Shown here: positions 9,386-17,968 of the stretch, in pieces
Layout of the letters: the number at the start of each line of letters is the position of its first letter
How positions within the stretch are numbered: position 1 is the stretch's first letter
Assembly: GCA_965229185.1 (NCBI GenBank)
Contig: OZ245870.1
Location: forward strand, 5,599,761 to 5,631,760
Reading direction: 5' to 3'
Source of the DNA: Chryseolinea sp.
GTDB lineage: Bacteria > Bacteroidota > Bacteroidia > Cytophagales > Cyclobacteriaceae
DNA: 32,000 bases
Notes under the pieces: model-generated
The model's input: only the letters and a program-made list of their open reading frames with translations
Databases searched by the model: none
What the model was told of the DNA's origin: nothing
Made by a program: the position numbers and the translations under genes

Positions 9386-9505
9386 GATTTTTTTTGATTT
9401 TGGCAATACTCTTTCAGGTATGGTCATTTGTAAAGACCATACTTCCGCTTGTACTGCGTAGTAGATTATTTTCTTCGATTAATTTGAAAGGAATGAAGGC
9501 GGAGC

Positions 9506-9877
9506 TTAATCCGGGGGATGAAACGGATTGCTTCCTTTGATGGACGCGTAGTGATTCTTATAGAGTGAAAAGGCGATCGCATCAAAAAGCTCGCTTTTTT
9601 GAATGGGCGTTGCAAGAAAGGATACAAAGCCAATGGGGTAATCTTCAAAATTGACTTTGGGTATGGGGGATGAATTCGAATCTTCTTGAATCGTTTTTTT
9701 TAATTTGACCATGAGTACACACTGCCCATTACAATGCATTTCGGGCTTGTCTTTATTGATACACAATACGGTTGCGAAGAAATCTTTATTCGCATAATAT
9801 TCAACTAAGGGAGCAACCGGCCGCAAAAGAGCAACCATGTAAAGAAGAATAAATCCGATGGCTAATTTGGAACGCAT
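9506..9877 (-). CDS. Small membrane-anchored protein with C-x10-C-x3-C motif, function unknown
   Basis: N-terminal TM helix (MRSKLAIGFILLYMVALL) followed by CINKDKPEMHCNGQCVL. The track ORF starts at a TTG (9925); the first ATG is at 9877. First gene of the receptor operon. Confidence 0.55.
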   Translation of the reverse strand: MRSKLAIGFILLYMVALLRPVAPLVEYYANKDFFATVLCINKDKPEMHCNGQCVLMVKLKKTIQEDSNSSPIPKVNFEDYPIGFVSFLATPIQKSELFDAIAFSLYKNHYASIKGSNPFHPPD

Positions 9878-9998
9878 GATTTCAGACACAAACTTAGAAA
9901 CATAGCCTTGAGAAGAATATGACAATAGTCAGTAAAGCAATTGGTCTCATATTTTTTTTATGATCCAGCAAAATTACTTTCTGCTACACATTTCGCGT

Positions 9999-10012
9999 AT
10001 GACTTCAATCAT
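9999..10012. promoter_or_regulatory. Crp/Fnr-type dyad ATGAC-TTCA-ATCAT shared by divergent promoters (Cu-uptake operon / nadB)
   Basis: The centre (10005.5) is 29.5 bp from a perfect minus-strand -7 box TAATTTTG (9976-9969) and 29.5 bp from a plus-strand GAATTTTG (10035-10042). Confidence 0.5.
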
Positions 10013-10141
10013 AACGAAGACAAGCTATAAATGAGAATTTTGGATTGAGTGATCATAAAATTGGAATTGTCATTTACTATCGATAGGGAGACTTAGTTTG
10101 TAATCACATCTCTTTCATATTCGTATTTCTAAAAATTAATC

Positions 10142-11722
10142 ATGCCACAGACAGACGTTCTTATTATTGGATCAGGCATTGCAGGGCTTTCATTTGCTAT
10201 CAAAGTAGCAAAACGGTTTCCGGACCAGAGCATCACCATTATCACCAAAGCGGACGATAGTGAATCAAACACCAAGTATGCGCAGGGTGGAATTGCTGTC
10301 GTGATGGATGAACTCACCGACTCTTTTCAAAAACATGTGGAGGATACTTTGCGCGCGGGTGACGGTTTATGTGATCGTACAATTGTCGAACTTGTGGTTT
10401 GTGAAGGTCCCACACGATTGGAAGAAATAATTAATTGGGGAGTTGAATTTGATCAGGATGCCTCTGGAAATCTGGCATTGAGCAGGGAAGGTGGTCATAC
10501 GGAAAAACGCATTATTCACTATAAGGATGTTACCGGCTTACAGATTGAAAAAAGTCTGCTTCTCCTTGTCAATACATTACCTAACATCACATTACTGTCC
10601 CATCATTTCTCGATCGACTTGATCACAGAGCATCATTTCAAACATAAGATATCACAACCTGAACCCGGCATCTCATGCTATGGAGCCTATGTGATGGACG
10701 AGCAAACCTGTAAAATCGAAAAGTATGTTTCAAAAGTGACGTTGCTTGCCACAGGTGGTTCGGGACAGGTCTATCGAACAACAACGAATCCTTTGATTGC
10801 CACCGGTGATGGTGTGGCCATGGCATATCGCGCTATGGCCTCGGTAAAGGACATGGAATTTATTCAATTTCACCCCACCGCCTTTTATTCGCAAGAAGAT
10901 AATCCATCGTTTTTGATCACAGAAGCTATCCGTGGGCATGGCGCATATCTTCGGGCAAAGGATGGTGATCGGTTCATGTTCAAATATGATGAACGGGGTG
11001 AATTAGCTTCGCGCGATATTGTGGCAAAGGCAATCGATCATGAATTGATAACGCGTGGTGATGATTGTGTATACCTGGATTGTACTCATATTCTAAAAGC
11101 AGATTTTATTTCGCACTTCCCTAATATTTACGAAAAATGTTTGAGTAAGGGTATTGATACAGCTACACAAATGATTCCCGTTGTGCCTGCCGCCCACTAT
11201 CAATGTGGTGGTATTGAAGTGAACAAGCATGGGCAAACCTCAATTATGAATCTCTATGCCTGCGGAGAGTGCTCCTGCACAGGATTACACGGTGCAAATC
11301 GTTTAGCGTCCAACTCGTTATTAGAAGCCATTGTATTTGCACATCGTTGCGTTAGTGATGTTGAAGATAAATTAGAATCGATTGCTATTCCCCAGAACAT
11401 ACCGGATTGGAGTTCGGCAGGTACGATTGTTCCGCGCGAACAAATACTGATTACCCACAACCGAAAAGAGCTTCGTGATTTGATGAGTGATTATGTAGCG
11501 ATTGTTAGATCACACGAGAGATTGAAACGAGCGATGAAACGAATTGATATTCTATACCACGAAACCGAGCGACTTTACGATGGGGCCGTTCTGTCCCCTC
11601 AACTATGTGAACTACGCAACCTGATTACGGTTGCGTTCTTAATTACACGGCAGTCGCAGGAACGAAAGGAGAATCGAGGGACTTTCTTTAACGTTGATAT
11701 TGAGCAAAGCGATTCGAAGTAG
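10142..11722 (+). CDS. nadB: L-aspartate oxidase
   Basis: FAD fold DVLIIGSGIAGLSFA, YAQGGIA, HPTA, and the C-terminal GLHGANRLASNSLLE motif typical of NadB/fumarate-reductase flavoproteins. 526 aa. Confidence 0.93.
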   Translation: MPQTDVLIIGSGIAGLSFAIKVAKRFPDQSITIITKADDSESNTKYAQGGIAVVMDELTDSFQKHVEDTLRAGDGLCDRTIVELVVCEGPTRLEEIINWGVEFDQDASGNLALSREGGHTEKRIIHYKDVTGLQIEKSLLLLVNTLPNITLLSHHFSIDLITEHHFKHKISQPEPGISCYGAYVMDEQTCKIEKYVSKVTLLATGGSGQVYRTTTNPLIATGDGVAMAYRAMASVKDMEFIQFHPTAFYSQEDNPSFLITEAIRGHGAYLRAKDGDRFMFKYDERGELASRDIVAKAIDHELITRGDDCVYLDCTHILKADFISHFPNIYEKCLSKGIDTATQMIPVVPAAHYQCGGIEVNKHGQTSIMNLYACGECSCTGLHGANRLASNSLLEAIVFAHRCVSDVEDKLESIAIPQNIPDWSSAGTIVPREQILITHNRKELRDLMSDYVAIVRSHERLKRAMKRIDILYHETERLYDGAVLSPQLCELRNLITVAFLITRQSQERKENRGTFFNVDIEQSDSK

Positions 11723-11776
11723 AATTTGTCTTTCGTTAACCCCTTTTCAAGAGTACGACTTTAAAAGGAGGACTCT

Positions 11777-11790
11777 ATGACTTGGATCAT
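11777..11790 (+). promoter_or_regulatory. Crp/Fnr-type dyad ATGAC-TTGG-ATCAT upstream of the ric1-crp operon
   Basis: The centre (11783.5) is 29.5 bp before a perfect -7 box TAGCTTTG (11813-11820), about 45 nt upstream of the RIC start. Confidence 0.55.
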
Positions 11791-11867
11791 AATTGTAAGT
11801 TTTTGATGATGTTAGCTTTGAAAATGGTAAAAAATGCGATGTGATGGAAGCTGGTAAAACCCGTGAT

Positions 11868-12563
11868 ATGAATACGTTTACCCTGGCTGAAATTGCTTTG
11901 AACTTCCCTCACAGCATCAAGAATTTAATTCACTATGATCTCGACTTTTGCTGTAACGGTAAAACATCCTTTGTAAAAGCATGTGAGGCAATCGATCTTA
12001 ACGCGGATCAGATTTGGAACGAGATCATTGAACAAGATGCAAAGATAGACAGCGATTCTCCAATGCACTTCATTACCTGGGATCCTGGCCTGCTGATCAA
12101 TTTTATTATTCAACATCATCATGACGAGGTCAAAAAAACAATTCCTCATATTTTAGAATTGTTGGATAAAGTGTGCAACGTTCACGGAGAAGACAATGGA
12201 TTCCTGATAGCGGTTCGCGAGGATTTTGAAAAACTATCGGAGCAACTTATGCACCATTTCCCCAAAGAGGAAGAAATACTCTTTGCTACCATTCGTACAC
12301 TTTTTAACCGCAGTGCCGAAAAATCTAACCGTAGTGTTGCTCAGGATGACCTTGCTGTATTAATTACTATGATTGAGCAGGAACATGAACGTGCAGGAAG
12401 CCTTCTTAAGTCAATTCGTACGCTAACCAGTAATTATGAACCGCCAACATTTGCCTGCCCTACCCTTAGGATGACTTATGTTATGTTGAATCAATTCGAT
12501 ACCGATTTAATGCAACGGATTCATATTGAAAACAACATTCTTTTACCCAAAGTCAAAGGATAA
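11868..12563 (+). CDS. ric: Iron-sulfur cluster repair di-iron protein (RIC / YtfE / ScdA family), copy 1
   Basis: N-terminal ScdA_N-type motif YDLDFCCNGK. C-terminal hemerythrin-like region with HHHDE, HFPKEEEILF and HIENNILLP. The track ORF begins at GTG 11841; ATG 11868 (MNTFTLAEI) matches the family N-terminus. Confidence 0.85.
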   Translation: MNTFTLAEIALNFPHSIKNLIHYDLDFCCNGKTSFVKACEAIDLNADQIWNEIIEQDAKIDSDSPMHFITWDPGLLINFIIQHHHDEVKKTIPHILELLDKVCNVHGEDNGFLIAVREDFEKLSEQLMHHFPKEEEILFATIRTLFNRSAEKSNRSVAQDDLAVLITMIEQEHERAGSLLKSIRTLTSNYEPPTFACPTLRMTYVMLNQFDTDLMQRIHIENNILLPKVKG

Positions 12564-12567
12564 AGAA

Positions 12568-13272
12568 ATGTACCAAAGCGTACATGCTGAAACCTTTTCT
12601 TTTATAAAAACTCTTAATTTAGGTATGGCATATCCCATTGATTTGTCTAATTTTCTTGGAAAAAGAAAGAGAAAATTGATACCGGTACAACTGTTTGAAA
12701 AGTACAAAGCCAGGTTGGTACATCTGAAGAAAGGCCACATTTTATTTGAAGGCGGTGATCCTGCAAAATACTTTTTTCAGGTGGAAGCAGGCCAGGTAAA
12801 AATGTATATCGTTAATCCGGATGGACAAGAGTTCACGCAGGGCATTTTTAATTCTGGTGAAAGTTTCGGTGAGCCGGCCTTGTTGGGTGGGTTTGATTAC
12901 CCAAGTGGGGCCATTGTTACAGAGCCAGCCAAGATTTGGAGGCTTCCGAAAGCTGAATTTTTAGAGCTATTGAGAGAGAACTTTGATATCCACATGAAGC
13001 TTAATCAGGTACTCTGTAGGAGACTTCAATACAAATCCATGATTCTTACTGAAGTTTCATCCTATGACCCGGAACATCGTATTACCACGGTATTAAAGTA
13101 TTTTAAAGGGAAACTGGTAAAATCAGTGGGGGCTGAAAAAATTGTAATTCCATTTACCCGCCAACAACTTGCGGATATGACGGGACTTCGCGTAGAGACA
13201 GTGATTAGAACGGTGAAGAAAATGGAAAATGATGGCAAGCTTCAATTGGAAGATCGAAAAATTAAATTCTAA
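12568..13272 (+). CDS. Crp/Fnr-family transcriptional regulator (no FNR Cys cluster; Dnr/NnrR/NssR-like candidate)
   Basis: cNMP-binding-like beta-roll (FFQVEAGQVKMYIVNPDGQEFTQGIFNSGESFGEPALL) and C-terminal HTH TRQQLADMTGLRVETVIRTVKKM aligning with FNR LGLTVETISRLL. The track ORF begins at a TTG overlapping ric1; ATG at 12568. Confidence 0.85.
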   Translation: MYQSVHAETFSFIKTLNLGMAYPIDLSNFLGKRKRKLIPVQLFEKYKARLVHLKKGHILFEGGDPAKYFFQVEAGQVKMYIVNPDGQEFTQGIFNSGESFGEPALLGGFDYPSGAIVTEPAKIWRLPKAEFLELLRENFDIHMKLNQVLCRRLQYKSMILTEVSSYDPEHRITTVLKYFKGKLVKSVGAEKIVIPFTRQQLADMTGLRVETVIRTVKKMENDGKLQLEDRKIKF

Positions 13273-13329
13273 TCCCGCCAACCTCATTAACGAAAGAACT
13301 TTGCTAGTGGATTAGGGGTCTACGAACAT

Positions 13330-13713
13330 TTACAATTGTTCTGAGTCAATGCTTTGTGATAACGAGTAATTCCACTTCTCCGACATTTTTGGAAGTATCT
13401 CAGTGTAAATGTAATTGTTCACATTGAATGAGGCCGAATTTAAATAGGATGATACGTTTACAAAAAGATATTTTTCGGTGTTGAATCCATGCGTAAGCAT
13501 GCGAAGGCAGCCCGAACGACATCCATTGATAAAGATCATTTTGTTCTGCAAATCAAAAGGAATTAATCGCTGCGCTGACAAATTTTGAAGATCCCCGATA
13601 TCCGCAATTCCCATCATCTCAAGCTGAGCGGCAATTCTATAAGAAAGTTTCGTAGCACCCTTACTTACAGCAGTGGAACATAAAAACAGAAAAATCCTTT
13701 CAGTACCGACCAT
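13330..13713 (-). CDS. DGC-domain-like small Cys protein (putative metal binding)
   Basis: 127 aa with an N-terminal FLCS and a later INGCRSGC motif, matching the C...(D/N)GCxxxC layout of DGC-domain proteins. Starts 9 nt after the globin gene (same operon). Confidence 0.45.
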   Translation of the reverse strand: MVGTERIFLFLCSTAVSKGATKLSYRIAAQLEMMGIADIGDLQNLSAQRLIPFDLQNKMIFINGCRSGCLRMLTHGFNTEKYLFVNVSSYLNSASFNVNNYIYTEILPKMSEKWNYSLSQSIDSEQL

Positions 13714-13722
13714 TGATTGTCG

Positions 13723-14100
13723 TCATAAAGTATGATTGATCAAGTTCATTCTATGCTGAAATACCTGCGCTATATTTTGCGCACGTACTTTTATCTCCAC
13801 AGCCTTGTCACCAGCAAAATGTTCATCTACGATTTCAACAAACAATTTTAACCAGGTTGTGAAATGCACTTGTTGAATGGGTAGGTTAACATGTTTTTGA
13901 AACGGATCACCACGGTAACTTTGTTCACCAAGCATCATGGAAGACCAGAAGCTGTACATGATTGGTAGATGTTTAGCCCAGTCAACATGACTGAATAGTG
14001 GTCCAAGGAGTTCATCTTCTTTCACTCGTTCGTAAAACTTGTCCACTAAAAGTTCAATATCCTTGCGCGTAATAATATCCGAAAGTCTTTCCATGGTCAT
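13723..14100 (-). CDS. Group III truncated haemoglobin (Ctb-like)
   Basis: FYERVKEDELLGPLF ... HLPIMYSFWSSMMLGEQSYRGDPFQKH ... WLKLF aligns closely with the Campylobacter Ctb-type trHb pattern. The start ATG overlaps the upstream stop (ATGA at 14097-14100). Confidence 0.85.
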   Translation of the reverse strand: MTMERLSDIITRKDIELLVDKFYERVKEDELLGPLFSHVDWAKHLPIMYSFWSSMMLGEQSYRGDPFQKHVNLPIQQVHFTTWLKLFVEIVDEHFAGDKAVEIKVRAQNIAQVFQHRMNLINHTL

Positions 14101-14702
14101 TGCAATACATTTTTTTCTTTTGCCTGCTGTTTTCTGGTCACATAAATTTCATAACTCAGAGCTCCAAAGGCAAGAATTCCGGCTACAAGAAAAATCCATC
14201 CTCCAATATCGGGTCCTGAAAACGCAGTGAAGTTTAGCAATTGTTTGGTGCCAATCAGTGGAGGTTGATAGGACATTCCTGGCACAACGATGGGTGCTGT
14301 TGGATCAAGGTTGTGACCATAGTCGTAGCCCCATACGTAAAAATCAACTAACGCACCGATGCCCGATGCGAGAATCAACGATGCATACGTAATGAGCATA
14401 AAACGTTTATTCACCAGTGCGGTTAACAAGCCAATGCCGATGATAAATCCAACAATGTAAATCATGTACTTAAACTCCGGAAACATTTCTACTTCGATAT
14501 GTTTCATACCAATGTAGTGATTCAACGCACTGATAATTCTAACATCACCCGAAAGTGTGTTGATCCAGATTTTCATTTCCAGCCCTTCCGGATATTGTGG
14601 TGCCCACATGAGGATTTGCCAAAGGGGCACATAATAAGCGCTTATCATCAGCAACGCTGACACCACTATAGCAATGCGTGTTATGAGTTTCAGTTTTTTC
14701 AT
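14097..14702 (-). CDS. nosB: NosB-like integral membrane protein (4 TM) immediately downstream of nosZ
   Basis: 201 aa with about four hydrophobic helices. Its position directly after a clade II nosZ is the defining feature of nosB; the call is by context, not by motif. Confidence 0.5.
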   Translation of the reverse strand: MKKLKLITRIAIVVSALLMISAYYVPLWQILMWAPQYPEGLEMKIWINTLSGDVRIISALNHYIGMKHIEVEMFPEFKYMIYIVGFIIGIGLLTALVNKRFMLITYASLILASGIGALVDFYVWGYDYGHNLDPTAPIVVPGMSYQPPLIGTKQLLNFTAFSGPDIGGWIFLVAGILAFGALSYEIYVTRKQQAKEKNVLQ

Positions 14703-14722
14703 GATTGAGTTTTTAAATTAGA

Positions 14723-14749
14723 CCCCGCCCGGTTATCCTCGGGACGGGG
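14723..14749 (-). terminator. GC-rich intercistronic hairpin between nosZ and nosB (attenuator or mRNA stabiliser)
   Basis: CCCCGCCCG / CGGG(A)CGGGG forms a 9-bp G+C stem with one bulge and an 8-nt loop, followed on the minus strand by only a weak U-tract (TCTAATTT). Confidence 0.4.
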
Positions 14750-14778
14750 CCTTTCAACCTGTTAACTATGAAATCAAT

Positions 14779-16764
14779 CTATTTACCAGCACCTGCATTC
14801 TGGTCTTCGATTTTACCGGTTGAAAACTTTAATGGTGTATTGCTACCCGCAGGAGATACGCGCATGTATCCTTGCATTTCTTGGTGCAACGCGGAACAGA
14901 AGTCTGTACAATAGAAAGGTACTACACCGGCTTCGGTGGGTTGCCATTTCAATGTTTGTGTTTCGCCTGGCATGATTAGTATTTCAGCATTCAATGCACC
15001 CTTAATGGCAAAGCCGTGGGGCACATCCCAATCCTGCTCAAGATTCGTTACGTGGAAGTAGACATCATCGCCCACCTTCACACCTTCTATATTGTCAGGT
15101 GTTAAGTGAGAACGAATGGCGGTCATGTACACATGTACCTGGTTTCCTTTACGTTCAACACGTGCCTGACCTTCACCTTTTGCAGCGTACGGATTTTCGT
15201 TTTCTTCAATCTTGTAAATTTTCGTTGTGTTGCCTGAGATTAAACTCGCGGGTATAGCTTCCGCGTAGTGTGGCTCTCCTGTGGTGGGAAAGTCAAGTAG
15301 CAGTTGCATCTTATCTCCGGAGATGTCATAAAGTTGAGCCGACTGAGTTAGTTCGGGACCCGTTGGTAAATAACGATCTTTTGTGATTTTGTTATAGGCT
15401 ATAACATATTTTCCGTGTGGCTTTGACGTTGGTCCTCCAGGAACACTCAAGTGACCAATAGAATAATACGTGGGTACTCTATCCAATATCTCTAACGTCT
15501 TAACATTCCATTTAACAATTTCAGAGGATACAAAGAAAGACGTGTAAGCGTTTCCCTTTTCATCAAATTCAGTGTGAAGTGGGCCGAGACCAGGTTTTTT
15601 CACTTCACCATGAAGAGCTGATTCGTATTTTATAACGGGTATTCCGTTGAAGTCACCTTCATATTCTTTTTTGGCAATGGCATTCTGAATTTTGGAGAAC
15701 GAAAATACCGGCATCATCGCGGCTAATTTTCCGCTGCCCACAATATACTCTCCGGATGGATCAACATCACATCCATGAGGTGATTTTGGACACGGTATAA
15801 AATAGACGAGGTCAGACAATTCCTGAACATCCAGAACTGTCACTTCGTTTTCCATCACCGTGGTGGCCGAGTGTGTTTTCTCACTATAGGTATTGTGCGC
15901 ATATTTTACCTTTTCAATCTTACCTTTTCCTGCAGCAAGGTATTCTTCGGCTTTTTTCCAATTCACGGCCATGATAAAGTCTTTGTCTTTTTGAGAGGCG
16001 TTTACTTCAAGCAGGGTATAGGCCTGTTCAGTATTGTAGCATGAAAAGAAAAACCAACCATGAGAAGGGCCTTTGCCAGCACGGCTTAAATCAAAATTGA
16101 AACCTGGCGTTCTCAATTGAAAGGCGATGTTCATATGACCTGTCTGGGGATCAACTTTAATAAAACTGATGGAGCCTTTAAAGTTCTCTTTGTATGAACT
16201 GATGGGAACATCCTTTTCTCCCATTGGAACACTGAAACGTGTTCCGGCCACCAGGTATTCTGTGTTCTCTGTTATAAAAGGAGACGAGTGATTACCACCA
16301 CTGTTGGGTATCTCCAGAATTTCTTCTGTTCTGAATGATTTAAAACTTACACGTGCTACGCGTGGCGTGTTGTTCCCGTTGGCAAAAATCCAGCGGCCAT
16401 CGTGCTCACCCTTTGTGGTAGAAAGTGCAATGTGGTGCAAATCATCCCAGGGTACAAAGCCGTGAGATGTATTCAGCATGGGTTTTGTCTCTTCGCTAAA
16501 TCCGTAACCATTTTCGGGTGATAAAGAAAATACAGGTAGGATTCTGAATAATCTCCCTGACGGAATTCCATAGATGCCAATCTGGCCATTGAAACCACCA
16601 GATACTACGTTATAAAACTCATCATACTTCCCTGGGGCTACATATACCTTCGATGCAGCATCGCCAATTGTTACTTCTATCGGCCCCTTGGGCTTGCAAC
16701 TGTTGAACGTGAGGGCCGAGCTGGCTGCCAACACGAGCAATCCATATATTCTACTTGTTTTCAT
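14779..16764 (-). CDS. nosZ: Nitrous-oxide reductase, clade II (Sec-dependent) NosZ
   Basis: C-terminal CuA motif FYCTDFCSALHQEMQGYM, CuZ-region WDDLHH (DxHH form), and a non-twin-arginine signal peptide MKTSRIYGLLVLAASSALT. 661 aa. Confidence 0.95.
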   Translation of the reverse strand: MKTSRIYGLLVLAASSALTFNSCKPKGPIEVTIGDAASKVYVAPGKYDEFYNVVSGGFNGQIGIYGIPSGRLFRILPVFSLSPENGYGFSEETKPMLNTSHGFVPWDDLHHIALSTTKGEHDGRWIFANGNNTPRVARVSFKSFRTEEILEIPNSGGNHSSPFITENTEYLVAGTRFSVPMGEKDVPISSYKENFKGSISFIKVDPQTGHMNIAFQLRTPGFNFDLSRAGKGPSHGWFFFSCYNTEQAYTLLEVNASQKDKDFIMAVNWKKAEEYLAAGKGKIEKVKYAHNTYSEKTHSATTVMENEVTVLDVQELSDLVYFIPCPKSPHGCDVDPSGEYIVGSGKLAAMMPVFSFSKIQNAIAKKEYEGDFNGIPVIKYESALHGEVKKPGLGPLHTEFDEKGNAYTSFFVSSEIVKWNVKTLEILDRVPTYYSIGHLSVPGGPTSKPHGKYVIAYNKITKDRYLPTGPELTQSAQLYDISGDKMQLLLDFPTTGEPHYAEAIPASLISGNTTKIYKIEENENPYAAKGEGQARVERKGNQVHVYMTAIRSHLTPDNIEGVKVGDDVYFHVTNLEQDWDVPHGFAIKGALNAEILIMPGETQTLKWQPTEAGVVPFYCTDFCSALHQEMQGYMRVSPAGSNTPLKFSTGKIEDQNAGAGK

Positions 16765-16788
16765 AGTTGTTGTTTTATACGTCTAGCA

Positions 16789-17358
16789 TTATTTTGATTC
16801 AGGTGAAGGAGGTAAGAGTACAGCATCAATAACATACACGATGCCATTGGATGCTTTAACAGAACCTAGAACATTGGCCCCGTTAATCGTAATTTTTCCG
16901 TCTTTCTTATTCAGTACAACGTCTCCGCCATTTACCTGATTGAGTTTCATACCGTCCTGAACCATCGTTTCGCTGATCACTCCTACATACACATGGTATT
17001 GAAGAATGTCCTGAAGTTTTTCTTTGTTTTCCGGCTTTAATAAATCGTCAACAGTTCCGGCTGGGAGCTGATCAAACGCAGCATTGATTGGCGCAAAAAC
17101 GGTGAAGGGTCCTGCGTTAGAAAGGGCATCCACCAACTCACCCGCTTTCACTGCTGCTACCAAAGTGCTGTGATCAGCTGAACCAACGGCCACCTGAACT
17201 ACATTGGGTGCAGACTCACTGTCGCTTACGGTTGATTGACCACCACCGACTTCTTCTGGAGCAGCCGATGCCTCCGGTACGGTTGATTGTTGCTGACCAC
17301 AAGAAAAGAGTGCCATCAACACACCAATTGTTAATATGTTTTTCATAATTATTTTCAT
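16789..17358 (-). CDS. Fasciclin (FAS1) domain lipoprotein
   Basis: Lipoprotein signal (...VLMALFSC). FAS1 motifs HSTLVAAVKAGELVDALSNAGPFTVFAPINAAF and NGIVYVIDAVLLP. Confidence 0.85.
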   Translation of the reverse strand: MKIIMKNILTIGVLMALFSCGQQQSTVPEASAAPEEVGGGQSTVSDSESAPNVVQVAVGSADHSTLVAAVKAGELVDALSNAGPFTVFAPINAAFDQLPAGTVDDLLKPENKEKLQDILQYHVYVGVISETMVQDGMKLNQVNGGDVVLNKKDGKITINGANVLGSVKASNGIVYVIDAVLLPPSPESK

Positions 17359-17382
17359 GTCCTTTTGATTAAGATTGGAGTC

Positions 17383-17877
17383 CTATTTCTCACCATCATT
17401 CTGACGCATGAACTCGAGAATATCACGGGCATCACCGACCGAAACATTTTGGTTGGGCATGCGCATTAAACACAACTCAAGAAGTTTTTGTGCTTCCGGA
17501 TCTTTATCCAGCATGACATCTACATTGGTAATCATGTTCATGACCCATTCCGGTTTTCTGCGCTTTGTAACGTCCTTCCATCCTGGACCAACTACACGCA
17601 TTTCGTCCAGCTTATGACAAGCCTGACATTTCATCTCGTAGATGGCTTTGCCTCTCCCGATCCGATCTTGCTCCAGGGGAGTGTTGAGGGTAACAGAAGT
17701 TACCTGCCCTAAACCTTTTGACAGGTCTGAATTTTCTGCCACGGCATTGGTTTTCGCCTCTTCACCATGAATACTTTCATAGGATTCAGATTCGGCTTCA
17801 GTTTCTTCTGGTTTTGGTTTGTCTGGAGAGCAGGCTACCATCAAACCCATGAAAATAAATGGAATTAACTTTTTCAT
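17383..17877 (-). CDS. Mono-haem c-type cytochrome lipoprotein (likely electron donor to NosZ)
   Basis: Signal/lipobox (...GLMVACS), a single CQACH haem-binding motif and a distal Met-rich segment (EWVMNMITN). First gene of the nos operon. Confidence 0.85.
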   Translation of the reverse strand: MKKLIPFIFMGLMVACSPDKPKPEETEAESESYESIHGEEAKTNAVAENSDLSKGLGQVTSVTLNTPLEQDRIGRGKAIYEMKCQACHKLDEMRVVGPGWKDVTKRRKPEWVMNMITNVDVMLDKDPEAQKLLELCLMRMPNQNVSVGDARDILEFMRQNDGEK

Positions 17878-17954
17878 CTTTTTTCTTAATTGTTAGTTAT
17901 AGTTTACGAGGTTTTTTTCGGTACGAAAGTACAGCATGAAGGAGCATATGCTTT

Positions 17955-17968
17955 ATGATCTGAATCAC
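17955..17968 (-). promoter_or_regulatory. Crp/Fnr-type dyad ATGAT-CTGA-ATCAC upstream of the cytochrome c-fasciclin-nosZ operon
   Basis: The centre (17961.5) is 30.5 bp from a minus-strand -7-like box TACTTTCG (17931-17924), ~80 nt upstream of the cytochrome c ATG. Confidence 0.5.

Noticed and set aside
12526-12567. Upstream TTG start for the Crp/Fnr gene overlapping the ric1 3' end
   Set aside because: The extension (MKTTFFYPKSKDKE) is the ric1 C-terminal region in another frame. ATG 12568, 5 nt after the ric1 stop, gives a normal-length regulator.
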